Origin: an uncultured archaeon
GTDB taxonomy: Archaea; Asgardarchaeota; Lokiarchaeia; Sigyniarchaeales; Promethearchaeaceae
DNA: 32,000 nucleotides
Assembly: GCA_964426185.1 (NCBI GenBank)
Contig: CAYRPF010000009.1
Span: forward strand, 2,602 to 34,601
Reading direction: 5' to 3'
Shown here: positions 18,438-28,203 of the stretch, in pieces
How the letters are laid out: the number at the start of each line of letters is the position of its first letter
Numbering within the stretch: position 1 is the first letter of the stretch
Made by a program: the position numbers and the translations under genes
Notes under the pieces: generated by a model
Told to the model about the DNA's origin: nothing
The model's input: only the letters and a program-made list of their open reading frames with translations
Database searches by the model: none

Positions 18438-18911
18438 TTATAAGAACCTGTGGAAATGATCTTCTTTAACAATTTGTGTGATAACCAATTCTTCCATATC
18501 TTCAATTAGATGGGAATTTAGGAGTTCTTGATGAACTTTTTCCATGAAAACTTGTTGATTCGGAGTTTTTGCAAATATTACAAAATTTTTAGTGCCTAAT
18601 GTTTCATAGATTCCCCATACTTCTGGAAGTGGAGAAAGAGCATCAGAAAATTCTTTCATAGAATTGGGGTGGATTTTTAATTTGACCAGCAAACATATAT
18701 TAAATTCATTTTGAATTTGTGAAAGATCTATATTCGCATGATAACCTTGAATGATTCCTTCTTGTTCCAACCGCTTTATACGGTAATTAATAGTGGATAG
18801 AGATACTTTCACCATTTCAGCGAGTTTAATTCGAGGGATTTGGCAGTTTTTCTGCAATTCAAACAAAATTCTCTTATCTATTTCATCCAAAAAACTTCTT
18901 CTTTCATTCAT
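18438..18911 (-). CDS. Lrp/AsnC-family transcriptional regulator (HTH plus RAM)
   Basis: LDEIDKRILFELQ...LAEMV..S.STINYRIKRLEQEGIIQGY; LPEVWGIYETLG. Confidence 0.93.
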   Translation of the reverse strand: MNERRSFLDEIDKRILFELQKNCQIPRIKLAEMVKVSLSTINYRIKRLEQEGIIQGYHANIDLSQIQNEFNICLLVKLKIHPNSMKEFSDALSPLPEVWGIYETLGTKNFVIFAKTPNQQVFMEKVHQELLNSHLIEDMEELVITQIVKEDHFHRFL

Positions 18912-18918
18912 ATTTGCT

Positions 18919-20427
18919 TCACTCCGAGATTTCCTTTAAGGAAGTCAGTAATGCTAGCGTAACATCATATAAAATTTGCACATCATTAACTTTCACCTTA
19001 TAATTCGCCGGAAAAACCCCAATTTCAGTTGGCCCAATAGAAACGACCTGCATTTTTGGGAATTTTTGTGCGATAATCCCTGGTTCTAGAACCCAATAAC
19101 TCCGATTCACTCGAACTGGATGATTGATTCGATCTTGATATATGTGCTTGACAAATTGTAAAAAGGAACCAGGAACTGCAGGTTCCCATACGGGGAAGTC
19201 ATAATCATTTATAACGTTCCAACCAAAATATCTGATACACGATAATGTTCGGTTAAAAGCTTGCAGCTCTGCTTGATCATCCCCACGAGATTTACATGAT
19301 AGTTCCACTCGATCCTCATAAAGTTGAATTTTTGCAAAATTGTTGGATATTTTACCCGCTTCATTTTCTACTGCAGTTTTACGAATTAATCCTTGAGGAA
19401 TCCATGCTGTTAAGCTTATAATTTCTGCAGAAGTCTTTGGATCAATTACTTTAAATTCTTGAGACTCTGTGAGTTGAATTTTCAGATCTGGTTCCAGATT
19501 TTGACCGTATTCACTGAATCTTTTATATTTTTTAATGATATGACGAATTTCCTCTCGGACCAATTCTTCAAGTTTTGCTGTATTTGTTTCAGGCGTTGCA
19601 AACCAGACTTCAGTCGATTGAGGAATGAATCTATAAGATTTTCCTCCCGTCCAATTATTTAAGTATAGAGGATTCTGTGATTGAATGCGAACTAAAATAC
19701 GGGAAGCGATTTTTAGAGCATTAGCTCGAAAAAAGTGAATTTCTGAACCCAATTCTCCTCCTTGTAACCCAGAAACTATCAAATGACAAAATTTTAATTT
19801 AGGCTGTGTACTTTGGTCTAAATATTTAATTTTCTTCCAAAAAGTAAATTCTGCACATCCCGCGGCGCCGTTTATAATTGAACCTATATCTACTGCATCA
19901 AAATTGAGCAGATATTGGCTTTGGATGTGTATCTCATTTGGATCCAAGTACAAAGCTCCAATAAATCTACCTTCTTTTTTTACCGTAAAAAGTGCTTCAA
20001 TAGGGCCATGTTGCACATCACCGGAAGTATCGGTTAATATGGATAAAATAATTCCTACACCCACCACAGAATCATCCAATAATGGAGTACCGATAATTTC
20101 AAACCATTTTCCTTCGGGATCAAGATTTATAGAAGATGTAAGCAAATCTTGCTTAGAGTCAAAATTACTGTTAGCTAAATCATAATGAGCTTGAAGCAAA
20201 ATTGAAGAAGATTGTTTAAAACCTGGGGTGGCTGATTTTGTAATAAAGATATTCCCTATAGAATCTTCTGATATTTGAAGATTTAAGTTAAATTTCTCAT
20301 TTTGTCTTACTATCCACTGCTTAATACGTTGAGGAATTGGGATTAGGGAACGATATTTTGATTTCCTTCCGTAAATTTCTTTCAAAATTGTCCAGACTCT
20401 TTTAGGGGAGAGATCTTGATATTTCAT
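18919..20427 (-). CDS. PepD-like M20 aminoacyl-histidine dipeptidase homologue with degenerate catalytic motifs
   Basis: DSIGNIFITKSATPG, LQAHYD, HGPIEALFTV, RANALK, SIGPT match the PepD layout; several metal and catalytic residues are substituted. Confidence 0.8.
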   Translation of the reverse strand: MKYQDLSPKRVWTILKEIYGRKSKYRSLIPIPQRIKQWIVRQNEKFNLNLQISEDSIGNIFITKSATPGFKQSSSILLQAHYDLANSNFDSKQDLLTSSINLDPEGKWFEIIGTPLLDDSVVGVGIILSILTDTSGDVQHGPIEALFTVKKEGRFIGALYLDPNEIHIQSQYLLNFDAVDIGSIINGAAGCAEFTFWKKIKYLDQSTQPKLKFCHLIVSGLQGGELGSEIHFFRANALKIASRILVRIQSQNPLYLNNWTGGKSYRFIPQSTEVWFATPETNTAKLEELVREEIRHIIKKYKRFSEYGQNLEPDLKIQLTESQEFKVIDPKTSAEIISLTAWIPQGLIRKTAVENEAGKISNNFAKIQLYEDRVELSCKSRGDDQAELQAFNRTLSCIRYFGWNVINDYDFPVWEPAVPGSFLQFVKHIYQDRINHPVRVNRSYWVLEPGIIAQKFPKMQVVSIGPTEIGVFPANYKVKVNDVQILYDVTLALLTSLKEISE

Positions 20428-20563
20428 ATATAATTTAACTATGTGAAAATATATTTAATTAGTTTTTCGTTATTTGAAGAAATCACAAATCCCTTATATA
20501 TTAAATTGAGTAAATTTGGAAAATAAGAAATGGTCCTTTTTAATGGGGGTTCGTTAATGATCT

Positions 20564-20585
20564 TGAACTTGATTTTTGAAGTTCA
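20564..20585. promoter_or_regulatory. Inverted repeat TGAACTT-N8-AAGTTCA upstream of kdd, candidate operator or leader hairpin
   Basis: Perfect 7-bp arms in the divergent pepD-like/kdd intergenic region; TGAAYT half-sites recur upstream of kat. Confidence 0.4.
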
Positions 20586-20637
20586 CACGTTTTCTTTTAA
20601 CCAGTATTGTTTAGATAATTAAAAAAGGTGTTCAAAA

Positions 20638-21681
20638 ATGGAAAAACCAGGGAATAAATTCGGTACTCATCGGGTAATTTCACCCAAAGGAAGCTTACCT
20701 CAAAACTGCGATAAACTCGATAATAACATGGATATTTTATACGACAATGAAATTTTAATTGATGTCCAATCATTAAATATAGATTCTGCTTCTTTTCATC
20801 AAATAAAAGAATCTTGCAATGCCGATGAAGAAAGAATGAAAGAGCGCATGTTAGAAATTGTAGCCACTCAAGGAAAACATAGAAATCCAGTCACAGGATC
20901 GGGTGGGATGCTCTTGGGAACAGTCGAACGAATTGGATCGAAATTACAAGACAAGATCGATCTAAAAGTGGGAGATAAAATTGCAACTTTGGTCTCACTC
21001 TCTTTGACACCTTTGCGAATTGATGAAATTCTGAAAATTAATATGAACATTGATCGAGTTGATATCAAAGGTAAAGCCATTTTATTTGAGAGTGGAATAT
21101 ATGCCAAAATTCCTGATGATTTTTCTGAAGCTGTCGCGTTAGCTGCTTTAGATGTCGCTGGAGCACCTGCGCAAACAGCGAAATTGGTTAAACCTGGTCA
21201 AAAAGTCTTAATTTTGGGAGCAACTGGAAAATCAGGTATGATGTGTGCATATGAAGCGCGAAAACGTGCTGGACCCACTGGTTTAATTCTTGGAAATGCA
21301 CGAAATGAAGCTCGAGCGGAATATTTAATGAAATATGATTTTTGCCATAAAGCAGTTATCGCTAATGCCCAAAATCCTGTGGAAGTTTATGAAAAAACAA
21401 TGGAAGCTACTGGAGGAGAAGAAGTAGATATAGTTATTAACTGTTTAAACGTTCCTGACGCCGAAATGTCTTGTATTTTACCATGTAAAGATGATGGAAT
21501 AGTTTACTTTTTCTCGATGGCTACTAGTTTTACTAAAGCTGCTTTAGGAGCAGAAGGTGTGGGAAAAGACGTAAATATGATTATTGGGAACGGATATACC
21601 CGAGATCATGCTGAAATCACCTTAGAAATTTTACGAGAGAGTCCTACTTTACGTAAGATGTTTGAAGAAAAATATACATAG
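20638..21681 (+). CDS. kdd: L-erythro-3,5-diaminohexanoate dehydrogenase
   Basis: GTHRVISPKG.LPQ, LNIDSASF, NPVTGSGGML, LDVAGAPAQ, FFSMATSFTKAALGAEG. Confidence 0.93.
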   Translation: MEKPGNKFGTHRVISPKGSLPQNCDKLDNNMDILYDNEILIDVQSLNIDSASFHQIKESCNADEERMKERMLEIVATQGKHRNPVTGSGGMLLGTVERIGSKLQDKIDLKVGDKIATLVSLSLTPLRIDEILKINMNIDRVDIKGKAILFESGIYAKIPDDFSEAVALAALDVAGAPAQTAKLVKPGQKVLILGATGKSGMMCAYEARKRAGPTGLILGNARNEARAEYLMKYDFCHKAVIANAQNPVEVYEKTMEATGGEEVDIVINCLNVPDAEMSCILPCKDDGIVYFFSMATSFTKAALGAEGVGKDVNMIIGNGYTRDHAEITLEILRESPTLRKMFEEKYT

Positions 21682-21762
21682 TTGAAGAAGCTTTGATTAT
21701 TTTGTATTTTTTTATTTTTCATTTATTATTTTTTATTTATAACCTATAGATGGGTGCTGTTA

Positions 21763-23049
21763 ATGCGGGTAAATAGACGAAAAGAGTTATTCGGAGACGT
21801 TCCTGATTCAGATTGGAACGACTGGAAATGGCAAGTTCGGAATCGAATTGAAACCGTTGAAGAATTAAAAAATTACTTGCCTCTAACTCCAGAAGAAGAA
21901 GAGAGTGCAAAGCAATGCGTGGCTAAATTTAGAATGGCTATTACGCCATATTATTTGAGTTTAATCGATCCTAATAATCCTCATGATCCAATTCGCCGTC
22001 AATCTGTACCTACGGCTGCTGAATTGATTCCTTGCAAAAATGATATCGTGGATCCCCTTCATGAAGATGAGGACTCCCCTGTTCCAGGATTGACTCATCG
22101 GTACCCCGATCGGGTCCTTTTCTTGATTACAGATATGTGTAGTATGTACTGTAGACATTGCACAAGAAGACGATTTGCTGGTGGTCAAGACAAGCCAGCC
22201 TCTCAAGAACGAATTGATGCTGGAATTGAATATATTCGGAATACTCCCCAAGTTCGAGATGTTCTCCTTTCAGGTGGTGATGCACTTCTAGTTTCCGATA
22301 AAAGATTGGAATATATCATTTCTCAATTACGGGCTATTGAACATGTTGAAATTATCAGGATTGGAAGTCGAACACCAGTAGTGATGCCCCAAAGAATTAC
22401 TCACGAATTGGTGGAAATGATTAAGAAATACCATCCGATTTGGTTGAATACACATTTCAATCATCCTCATGAAATAACCGAAGATTCAAAACGCGCTTGT
22501 GAAAGATTAGCTAATGCAGGAATCCCCTTGGGAAATCAATCCGTGTTATTAAAGGGCGTAAATGATAGTATTTTTACAATGAAAAAATTAGTTCACGAAT
22601 TGGTAAAGATCCGTGTGCGACCATATTATCTATATCAATGTGATTTATCAATGGGATTAGTTGATTTCAGAACAACTGTTTCTAAAGGTATTGACATTAT
22701 AGAAGGACTTAGAGGACACACAAGTGGATTTTGTGTACCAACATTTATTGTTGATGCACCGGGTGGAGGAGGAAAAATTCCCGTGCAGCCGAATTACGTT
22801 ATTTCTCATAGTGAAAATAAAGTGGTTTTGCGTAATTATGAAGGTGTCATTTGCCGTTATGATGAACCGGAAGATTATAAGCCAGGTATAATTCACGATG
22901 AATATGAAGAAGAAGAAAATAATTTGACTGGAGTTATTAAGCTAATCCATGGTGAAAGTGAGCATGGAAATAATATCACAATCGAACCCGCGAATTTAGA
23001 ACGGCATTTACGCAATCAAAGGCGATTAAAGAAAAACAAGAAAGATTAA
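21763..23049 (+). CDS. kamA: Lysine 2,3-aminomutase (radical SAM, PLP)
   Basis: WNDWKWQ, THRYPDRVL, CSMYCRHC radical SAM motif, LRGHTSG, DAPGGGGK; ATG 21763 or GTG 21754. Confidence 0.97.
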   Translation: MRVNRRKELFGDVPDSDWNDWKWQVRNRIETVEELKNYLPLTPEEEESAKQCVAKFRMAITPYYLSLIDPNNPHDPIRRQSVPTAAELIPCKNDIVDPLHEDEDSPVPGLTHRYPDRVLFLITDMCSMYCRHCTRRRFAGGQDKPASQERIDAGIEYIRNTPQVRDVLLSGGDALLVSDKRLEYIISQLRAIEHVEIIRIGSRTPVVMPQRITHELVEMIKKYHPIWLNTHFNHPHEITEDSKRACERLANAGIPLGNQSVLLKGVNDSIFTMKKLVHELVKIRVRPYYLYQCDLSMGLVDFRTTVSKGIDIIEGLRGHTSGFCVPTFIVDAPGGGGKIPVQPNYVISHSENKVVLRNYEGVICRYDEPEDYKPGIIHDEYEEEENNLTGVIKLIHGESEHGNNITIEPANLERHLRNQRRLKKNKKD

Positions 23050-23067
23050 ATTCTTTCACAAAGTAAT

Positions 23068-23098
23068 TGGGAATGGTAAAGATATTCCCACCTTTTTT
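23068..23098 (+). terminator. Hairpin TGGGAAT...ATTCCCA followed by a T-tract between kamA and kamB
   Basis: 7-bp stem (23068-23074 / 23084-23090), then CCTTTTTT. Confidence 0.35.
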
Positions 23099-23116
23099 CA
23101 ACCAAAAGGAGGCGGT

Positions 23117-24175
23117 TTGGTGACAACAATCTTTCCTTCATTTTCTGAAGAAAAACTTCTTGAACAAATACTTCATCATCAAATTATTTCAATTATTGGA
23201 TTAGGGAAAAATGTAGGAAAAACTACTACTCTAAATTATTTAATTAATTTACTTAGTCCTAATCAAAAAATTGCGGTTACCTCGATTGGAAGAGATGGAG
23301 AAAAATACGATGAAGTTTTTGGAACTCCTAAACCCAGAATTTATATTAATGAAGGAACTATTTTGGCTTTAGCCCGAAATTCTCTTGAAAATAGTGATAT
23401 CTCTATAGAAATTCTTGAATCCACTATGATCAATACTCCATTGGGAAATATTATAATTGTTCGTGCTTTAAGTGCAGGATATGTTGAACTTACTGGGCCT
23501 TCCACTAGTCATGAATTGAAAAAAGTCTTCAATATTTTTCAGCAATTTGGTTCAGAGATAATTTTGGTGGATGGTGCTGTTAATCGAAGGAGTTTTGCTT
23601 CGCCCATCATAACCAACGCAACCATTTTGGCTACAGGTGCTTCCATTTCCCCAAATTTTGATGAAATTATTCTTGAAACAGAGTTTTTTGCAAAAATTCT
23701 AACGATTCCTGCTTTAGAAAAGACAAGAATCAAAAAATTAGTAGATCAAATCCCGAAAATAGGCATTATAAACGAAGATAATAATGTAATCTCATTTTCG
23801 GTTCAAAGTTCACTGGATCTCCCGGATTCAATGTTAGAACTTATTGATGAAAAAACACGCTATTTCATTGTAAAGGGAGTATTTTCCAATTCCCTTTTAG
23901 ATAAACTATTCTCCACTATTTCGCCCCACCAACCACTTACGATTGTTATTCCAGATAGTACCAAAATCTTTTTGGATCGAAATCGTTTCAATCTCCTTCA
24001 AAAAACTAAATGGGAACTAAAAGTTTTAAAAGCTATAAGACTACTCTGTATTACCGTTAACCCCACGTCTCCTTTAGGTTATGAATTTAATCGAACATTG
24101 CTCTTGCAAGAACTTCGTAGAAGGATTTCCGTTCCTATTTTTGATGTATATCAAGGATTTGAAAATGAAAAATAA
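23117..24175 (+). CDS. kamB: KamB-like protein, putative lysine 5,6-aminomutase reactivase subunit (P-loop)
   Basis: GLGKNVGKTT, TSIGRDGE, PKPRI, VDGA.NR; position between kamA and the MutS-like gene; GGAGG RBS before a TTG/GTG start. Confidence 0.75.
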   Translation: MVTTIFPSFSEEKLLEQILHHQIISIIGLGKNVGKTTTLNYLINLLSPNQKIAVTSIGRDGEKYDEVFGTPKPRIYINEGTILALARNSLENSDISIEILESTMINTPLGNIIIVRALSAGYVELTGPSTSHELKKVFNIFQQFGSEIILVDGAVNRRSFASPIITNATILATGASISPNFDEIILETEFFAKILTIPALEKTRIKKLVDQIPKIGIINEDNNVISFSVQSSLDLPDSMLELIDEKTRYFIVKGVFSNSLLDKLFSTISPHQPLTIVIPDSTKIFLDRNRFNLLQKTKWELKVLKAIRLLCITVNPTSPLGYEFNRTLLLQELRRRISVPIFDVYQGFENEK

Positions 24176-24183
24176 CCAAAAAA

Positions 24184-25761
24184 TTGATTAATATGCCGAC
24201 TTTAACACCTATTCCGTTGAATCCCCGAGAAAAGCAAGTTATTGGGTGGAATTTTATAATGCAACAACTTTCACCTGAAACACCTTATGGAAATACACTA
24301 AAAGCAAATACAGGAATCTATTCATCGGAGGATCGACAAGAATTATTGGAGGAATTCGAGAATATCGCATATATGATTAAGAGTTTGCAAAATTCAGCAA
24401 GTATCCATGAAAAATTAGGATATGAGTTGATAAAACTTAAAGATATTCGACCCATATTGCGCAAGCTTCAAAGTAATCAAAATTTAGATGAAGTTGACTT
24501 TTACGAGTTAAAATATACGCTATTAGTTTCCCAACGAATCATAGGTTTGTATTCTCAACTTGATCTTTCCATCAAAAATATACAATTTTCTGACTTAAGT
24601 GAATCTCTTTCAATCTTAGATCCGCAGCACACACAGCTGCCTACATTTCAGTATTACCCAGAATATTCTGATAGGCTGCAAAACATTCAGAAAGAGAAAA
24701 AATCTCTAGAAAATACCATGTTTCAGCTTCAAAAAAAAAAAACTGTAGAAAAAAAAGTCAAAAACGCTGAATTTTTAGATGAATTAGAACACCTAAAGCA
24801 AAAACGCACCCTTCTGGTTCAACAAGAACAAGCCGAAATTGGGATTATTCGCAGAAATCTTTCCCATCAATTACTCTCTTATGTTCATAATTTTAAGTCA
24901 TTAATTACTTCGCTTGGAAATTTGGATTGGCTGCTTGAAAAAGCAAAATTGGCTCTGCAGTTCAGTGGATGTCGCCCTGATATCCAAAAATTCTCAAAAA
25001 AAAAGGAGAAAATTGCATTGAAGCTAGAGGAAATGCACAATCCCTATATTGCCTCACTTCTCGCAGCCCGAAATAGATCTTTCACTTCTCTTTCAGTGCA
25101 ATTCTCTCGAGGTGTTAACCTCATAACTGGGGCAAATATGGGCGGGAAAACAGTCTTACTTTACACTACCCTCTTGAATATTTTATTAGCCCATAGTGGA
25201 TTTTATGTTTTTGCAAAATCTGCAGACATACCACTAGGAGCGTTTTTCAGCAGTATTTTCACAGATAATCAAGATTTATCTCAAGGGCTCTCATCTTTCG
25301 GAGCAGAAATTGTTATGTTTAATCGTGTTCTTCTTGATCATGAGAATGAACCGGGGTTTTTATTTATTGATGAATTCGCCCGTGGAACTAATCCCTCTGA
25401 GGGTAGAATGATTTTTAAAGCCATTGTACGATATCTTCAATTTTTACCATGGATTTCGGTACTTACAACTCATTATGATATTAAACCAGAACCTAATGTA
25501 TCAAATTTTCAAGTTGTTGGGTTAAGAAACACCGATCTTTCTGCTCTCGCTCAAAAATTATCCAATATTCAAGACGATCCTTCTAGATCCGTAGCTTTAA
25601 TTCAAGATCACATGGATTATCATATAATTCCGGTGACATCTAATACCAGCATCCCTATGGATGCAATTAATATTGCCCAAATTTTAGGGTTAAAACCTGC
25701 AATAATTCAATTTGCGAAGGAATTTATTCAAAATGACCTTCATCAAAACGTGAAGGAGTAA
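24184..25761 (+). CDS. kamC: MutS-related ATPase KamC, putative lysine 5,6-aminomutase reactivase
   Basis: TPYG, ITGANMGGKT, GLSSFGAE, IDEFARGTNP.EG, TTHY; no mismatch-binding domain; directly upstream of kamDE; start may be ATG 24193. Confidence 0.8.
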   Translation: MINMPTLTPIPLNPREKQVIGWNFIMQQLSPETPYGNTLKANTGIYSSEDRQELLEEFENIAYMIKSLQNSASIHEKLGYELIKLKDIRPILRKLQSNQNLDEVDFYELKYTLLVSQRIIGLYSQLDLSIKNIQFSDLSESLSILDPQHTQLPTFQYYPEYSDRLQNIQKEKKSLENTMFQLQKKKTVEKKVKNAEFLDELEHLKQKRTLLVQQEQAEIGIIRRNLSHQLLSYVHNFKSLITSLGNLDWLLEKAKLALQFSGCRPDIQKFSKKKEKIALKLEEMHNPYIASLLAARNRSFTSLSVQFSRGVNLITGANMGGKTVLLYTTLLNILLAHSGFYVFAKSADIPLGAFFSSIFTDNQDLSQGLSSFGAEIVMFNRVLLDHENEPGFLFIDEFARGTNPSEGRMIFKAIVRYLQFLPWISVLTTHYDIKPEPNVSNFQVVGLRNTDLSALAQKLSNIQDDPSRSVALIQDHMDYHIIPVTSNTSIPMDAINIAQILGLKPAIIQFAKEFIQNDLHQNVKE

Positions 25762-25769
25762 TAAACACA

Positions 25770-27362
25770 ATGGAAAACAAAACCATCAATCATAAACTAC
25801 ATTTGAACTGGCAACAAGTTCAAGAAGCACGCGATTCTGCTAAAAACATAGCCAATCAAATGCAGTCATTTATTGACCGGCACACAACTGACAGTGTAGA
25901 AAGGACAGTCTGCCGATTACTCGGTATCGATGGCGTTAATAGTTTTGACGTCCCTTTACCTAATGTCGTGGTGGATAATATCAAACAAGGTAATGGATTA
26001 TCCATAGGTGCAGCCACTTACATCGGAAATGCAATGCTGGAAACCAACCTGTCTCCACAAGAAATTGCAGAACGGGTGGCTAACAATGAGTTGGATTTAA
26101 CCACATTACCCATGCATGACCAATTTGAAATTCATTTAGCTCTTCAAGAGGTTGTGCAGAAAATCCTAGACAAAATTTCCCAAAATCGCCAAAAACGGGA
26201 AGAATTGCTTCAAAAATACGGAGATAAAGAAGGGCCCTACATATATGTCATCGTTGCTACGGGAAATATTTATGAAGACGTAGTTCAGGCTGTGGCTGCT
26301 GCAAAACAAGGCGCAGATGTTATTGCAGTTATTCGGACGACTGGCCAGAGTTTAATAGATTATGTTCCTTATGGAGCCACTACAGAAGGTTTTGGAGGAA
26401 CATACGCTACCCAAGAAAATTTCCGAATTATGCGTGAAGCCTTGGATGAAGTTGGTGCAGAACTAAACCGTTATATTCGACTTTGTAACTACTGCTCTGG
26501 TTTGTGTATGCCCGAAATTGCTGCTATGGGTGCATTCGAACGCTTGGATTTTATGCTTAATGACGCCCTTTACGGGATCCTTTTTAGAGATATCAATATG
26601 AAGCGTACTATGATAGATCAGTATTTCTCCCGTATGATCAACTCCTATGCTGGTGTGGTCATCAATACCGGTGAAGATAACTATCTAACCACCTCAGATG
26701 CTTATGAAGAAGCCCATACAGTTCTTGCATCCCAGTTTATTAATGAGCAATTTGCCTTTTTGGCAGGTTTACCTTCAGAACAGATGGGTTTGGGTCATGC
26801 TTTTGAAATGAATCCCGGAATTGAAAACGGATTTCTGTATGAGCTGGCTCAAGCTCAGATGGCCAGAGAAATTTTTCCAAATGCACCGTTAAAATATATG
26901 CCTCCCACAAAATTTATGACTGGAAATATCTTTCGAGGTCACATTCAAGATGCACTCTTCAATGCCGTTACCATCATGACCCAACAACGCATTTGTCTTT
27001 TAGGGATGCTCACCGAAGCCATTCATACCCCTTTCATGCAAGATAGGTATTTATCTATCGAAAATGCCAAATATATCTTCAATAATATGAAGGATTTTGG
27101 GAATGAGATTACTTTCAAACCCAACGGCATCATCGAGCAACGCGCTCAATTTGTTCTGCAAAAAGCTCGAGATTTATTGAAAGAAATTGAGAAAAAGGGG
27201 TTATTCCAAGCTCTATCTGAAGGGATCTTTGCTGGTATTAAGCGGCCAATTGATGGTGGAAGGGGTTTAAACGGAGTGATTGTCAAGGATCCCAAGTATT
27301 ACAACCCATTCATTGATCGGATGAAAGATTACCTGCAATTAACCAACGAGGAGGCAAACTAA
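25770..27362 (+). CDS. kamD: Lysine 5,6-aminomutase alpha subunit
   Basis: HTT.SVERTVCRLLGIDG, YVIVATGNIYED, NYCSGLCMPE, KYMPPTK. Confidence 0.96.
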   Translation: MENKTINHKLHLNWQQVQEARDSAKNIANQMQSFIDRHTTDSVERTVCRLLGIDGVNSFDVPLPNVVVDNIKQGNGLSIGAATYIGNAMLETNLSPQEIAERVANNELDLTTLPMHDQFEIHLALQEVVQKILDKISQNRQKREELLQKYGDKEGPYIYVIVATGNIYEDVVQAVAAAKQGADVIAVIRTTGQSLIDYVPYGATTEGFGGTYATQENFRIMREALDEVGAELNRYIRLCNYCSGLCMPEIAAMGAFERLDFMLNDALYGILFRDINMKRTMIDQYFSRMINSYAGVVINTGEDNYLTTSDAYEEAHTVLASQFINEQFAFLAGLPSEQMGLGHAFEMNPGIENGFLYELAQAQMAREIFPNAPLKYMPPTKFMTGNIFRGHIQDALFNAVTIMTQQRICLLGMLTEAIHTPFMQDRYLSIENAKYIFNNMKDFGNEITFKPNGIIEQRAQFVLQKARDLLKEIEKKGLFQALSEGIFAGIKRPIDGGRGLNGVIVKDPKYYNPFIDRMKDYLQLTNEEAN

Positions 27363-27363
27363 A

Positions 27364-28179
27364 ATGGGCGGCGGATTATATTCTTCTCATAAAAAAGATT
27401 TCGATACCACTCGGGATGAAACTCGATTAAAACCTTATGGTGATACCATGAATGACGGAAAGGTTCAACTCAGTTTCACTCTACCCATCAAAGATGGTGA
27501 TCGTGCTGTAGAAACGGCTCGTCAATATGTAGAAAAACTTAATATGACCGACGTTCAAGTGGTATACCATCACTCTCTGGATAAAGAATTTACCTTCTTT
27601 GTAGTTTACGCATCTGCTATTCCCACTATAGATTATTCCAGTATCCAAGTAGAAGAATTGGAAATTGAGACCATGACCATGGAAGAAACCGATAAATTCA
27701 TCGAAGAAAAATTCGGAAGAAAAATCGTTGTAATTGGCGCAACAACTGGTACAGATGCACATACAGTCGGAATAGATGCAATTATGAATATGAAAGGTTA
27801 TATGGGACATTATGGATTGGAACGCTATCGGATGATAGACGCTTATAACTTAGGCTCTCAAGTGTCGAACGAGACCTTTGTGAAAAAAGCCATCGAACTC
27901 AATACCGATGTTTTATTAGTATCCCAAACCGTAACCCAGAAAAATGTACATATTCAGAATCTAACAGAGTTGGTCGAATTAGTGGAAGCAGAGGGCATTC
28001 GAAAAGATGTGGTTTTAATTGTGGGTGGTCCTCGAATTACAAATGATTTGGCTAAAGAGTTGGGATATGATGCAGGATTTGGACCTGGAAAATACGCCGA
28101 TGATGTAGCAACCTATTTTGTGAAAGAAATCGCCAAAAGACAGAGAAAATTTGAAAAAAGTAGAAGAATTGTGAAATAA
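27364..28179 (+). CDS. kamE: Lysine 5,6-aminomutase beta subunit (adenosylcobalamin and PLP binding)
   Basis: KPYGDTMNDGKVQLSFTLP; DAHTVG (DxHxxG); MNMKG PLP lysine; GYDAGFGPG. Confidence 0.96.
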   Translation: MGGGLYSSHKKDFDTTRDETRLKPYGDTMNDGKVQLSFTLPIKDGDRAVETARQYVEKLNMTDVQVVYHHSLDKEFTFFVVYASAIPTIDYSSIQVEELEIETMTMEETDKFIEEKFGRKIVVIGATTGTDAHTVGIDAIMNMKGYMGHYGLERYRMIDAYNLGSQVSNETFVKKAIELNTDVLLVSQTVTQKNVHIQNLTELVELVEAEGIRKDVVLIVGGPRITNDLAKELGYDAGFGPGKYADDVATYFVKEIAKRQRKFEKSRRIVK

Positions 28180-28203
28180 TTCTTTTTCTGGAATTTTTTA
28201 TTT

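Noticed and set aside
24184-25761. DNA mismatch repair MutS
   Set aside because: Only the ATPase region is MutS-like; its position between kamB and kamD indicates the aminomutase reactivase KamC.
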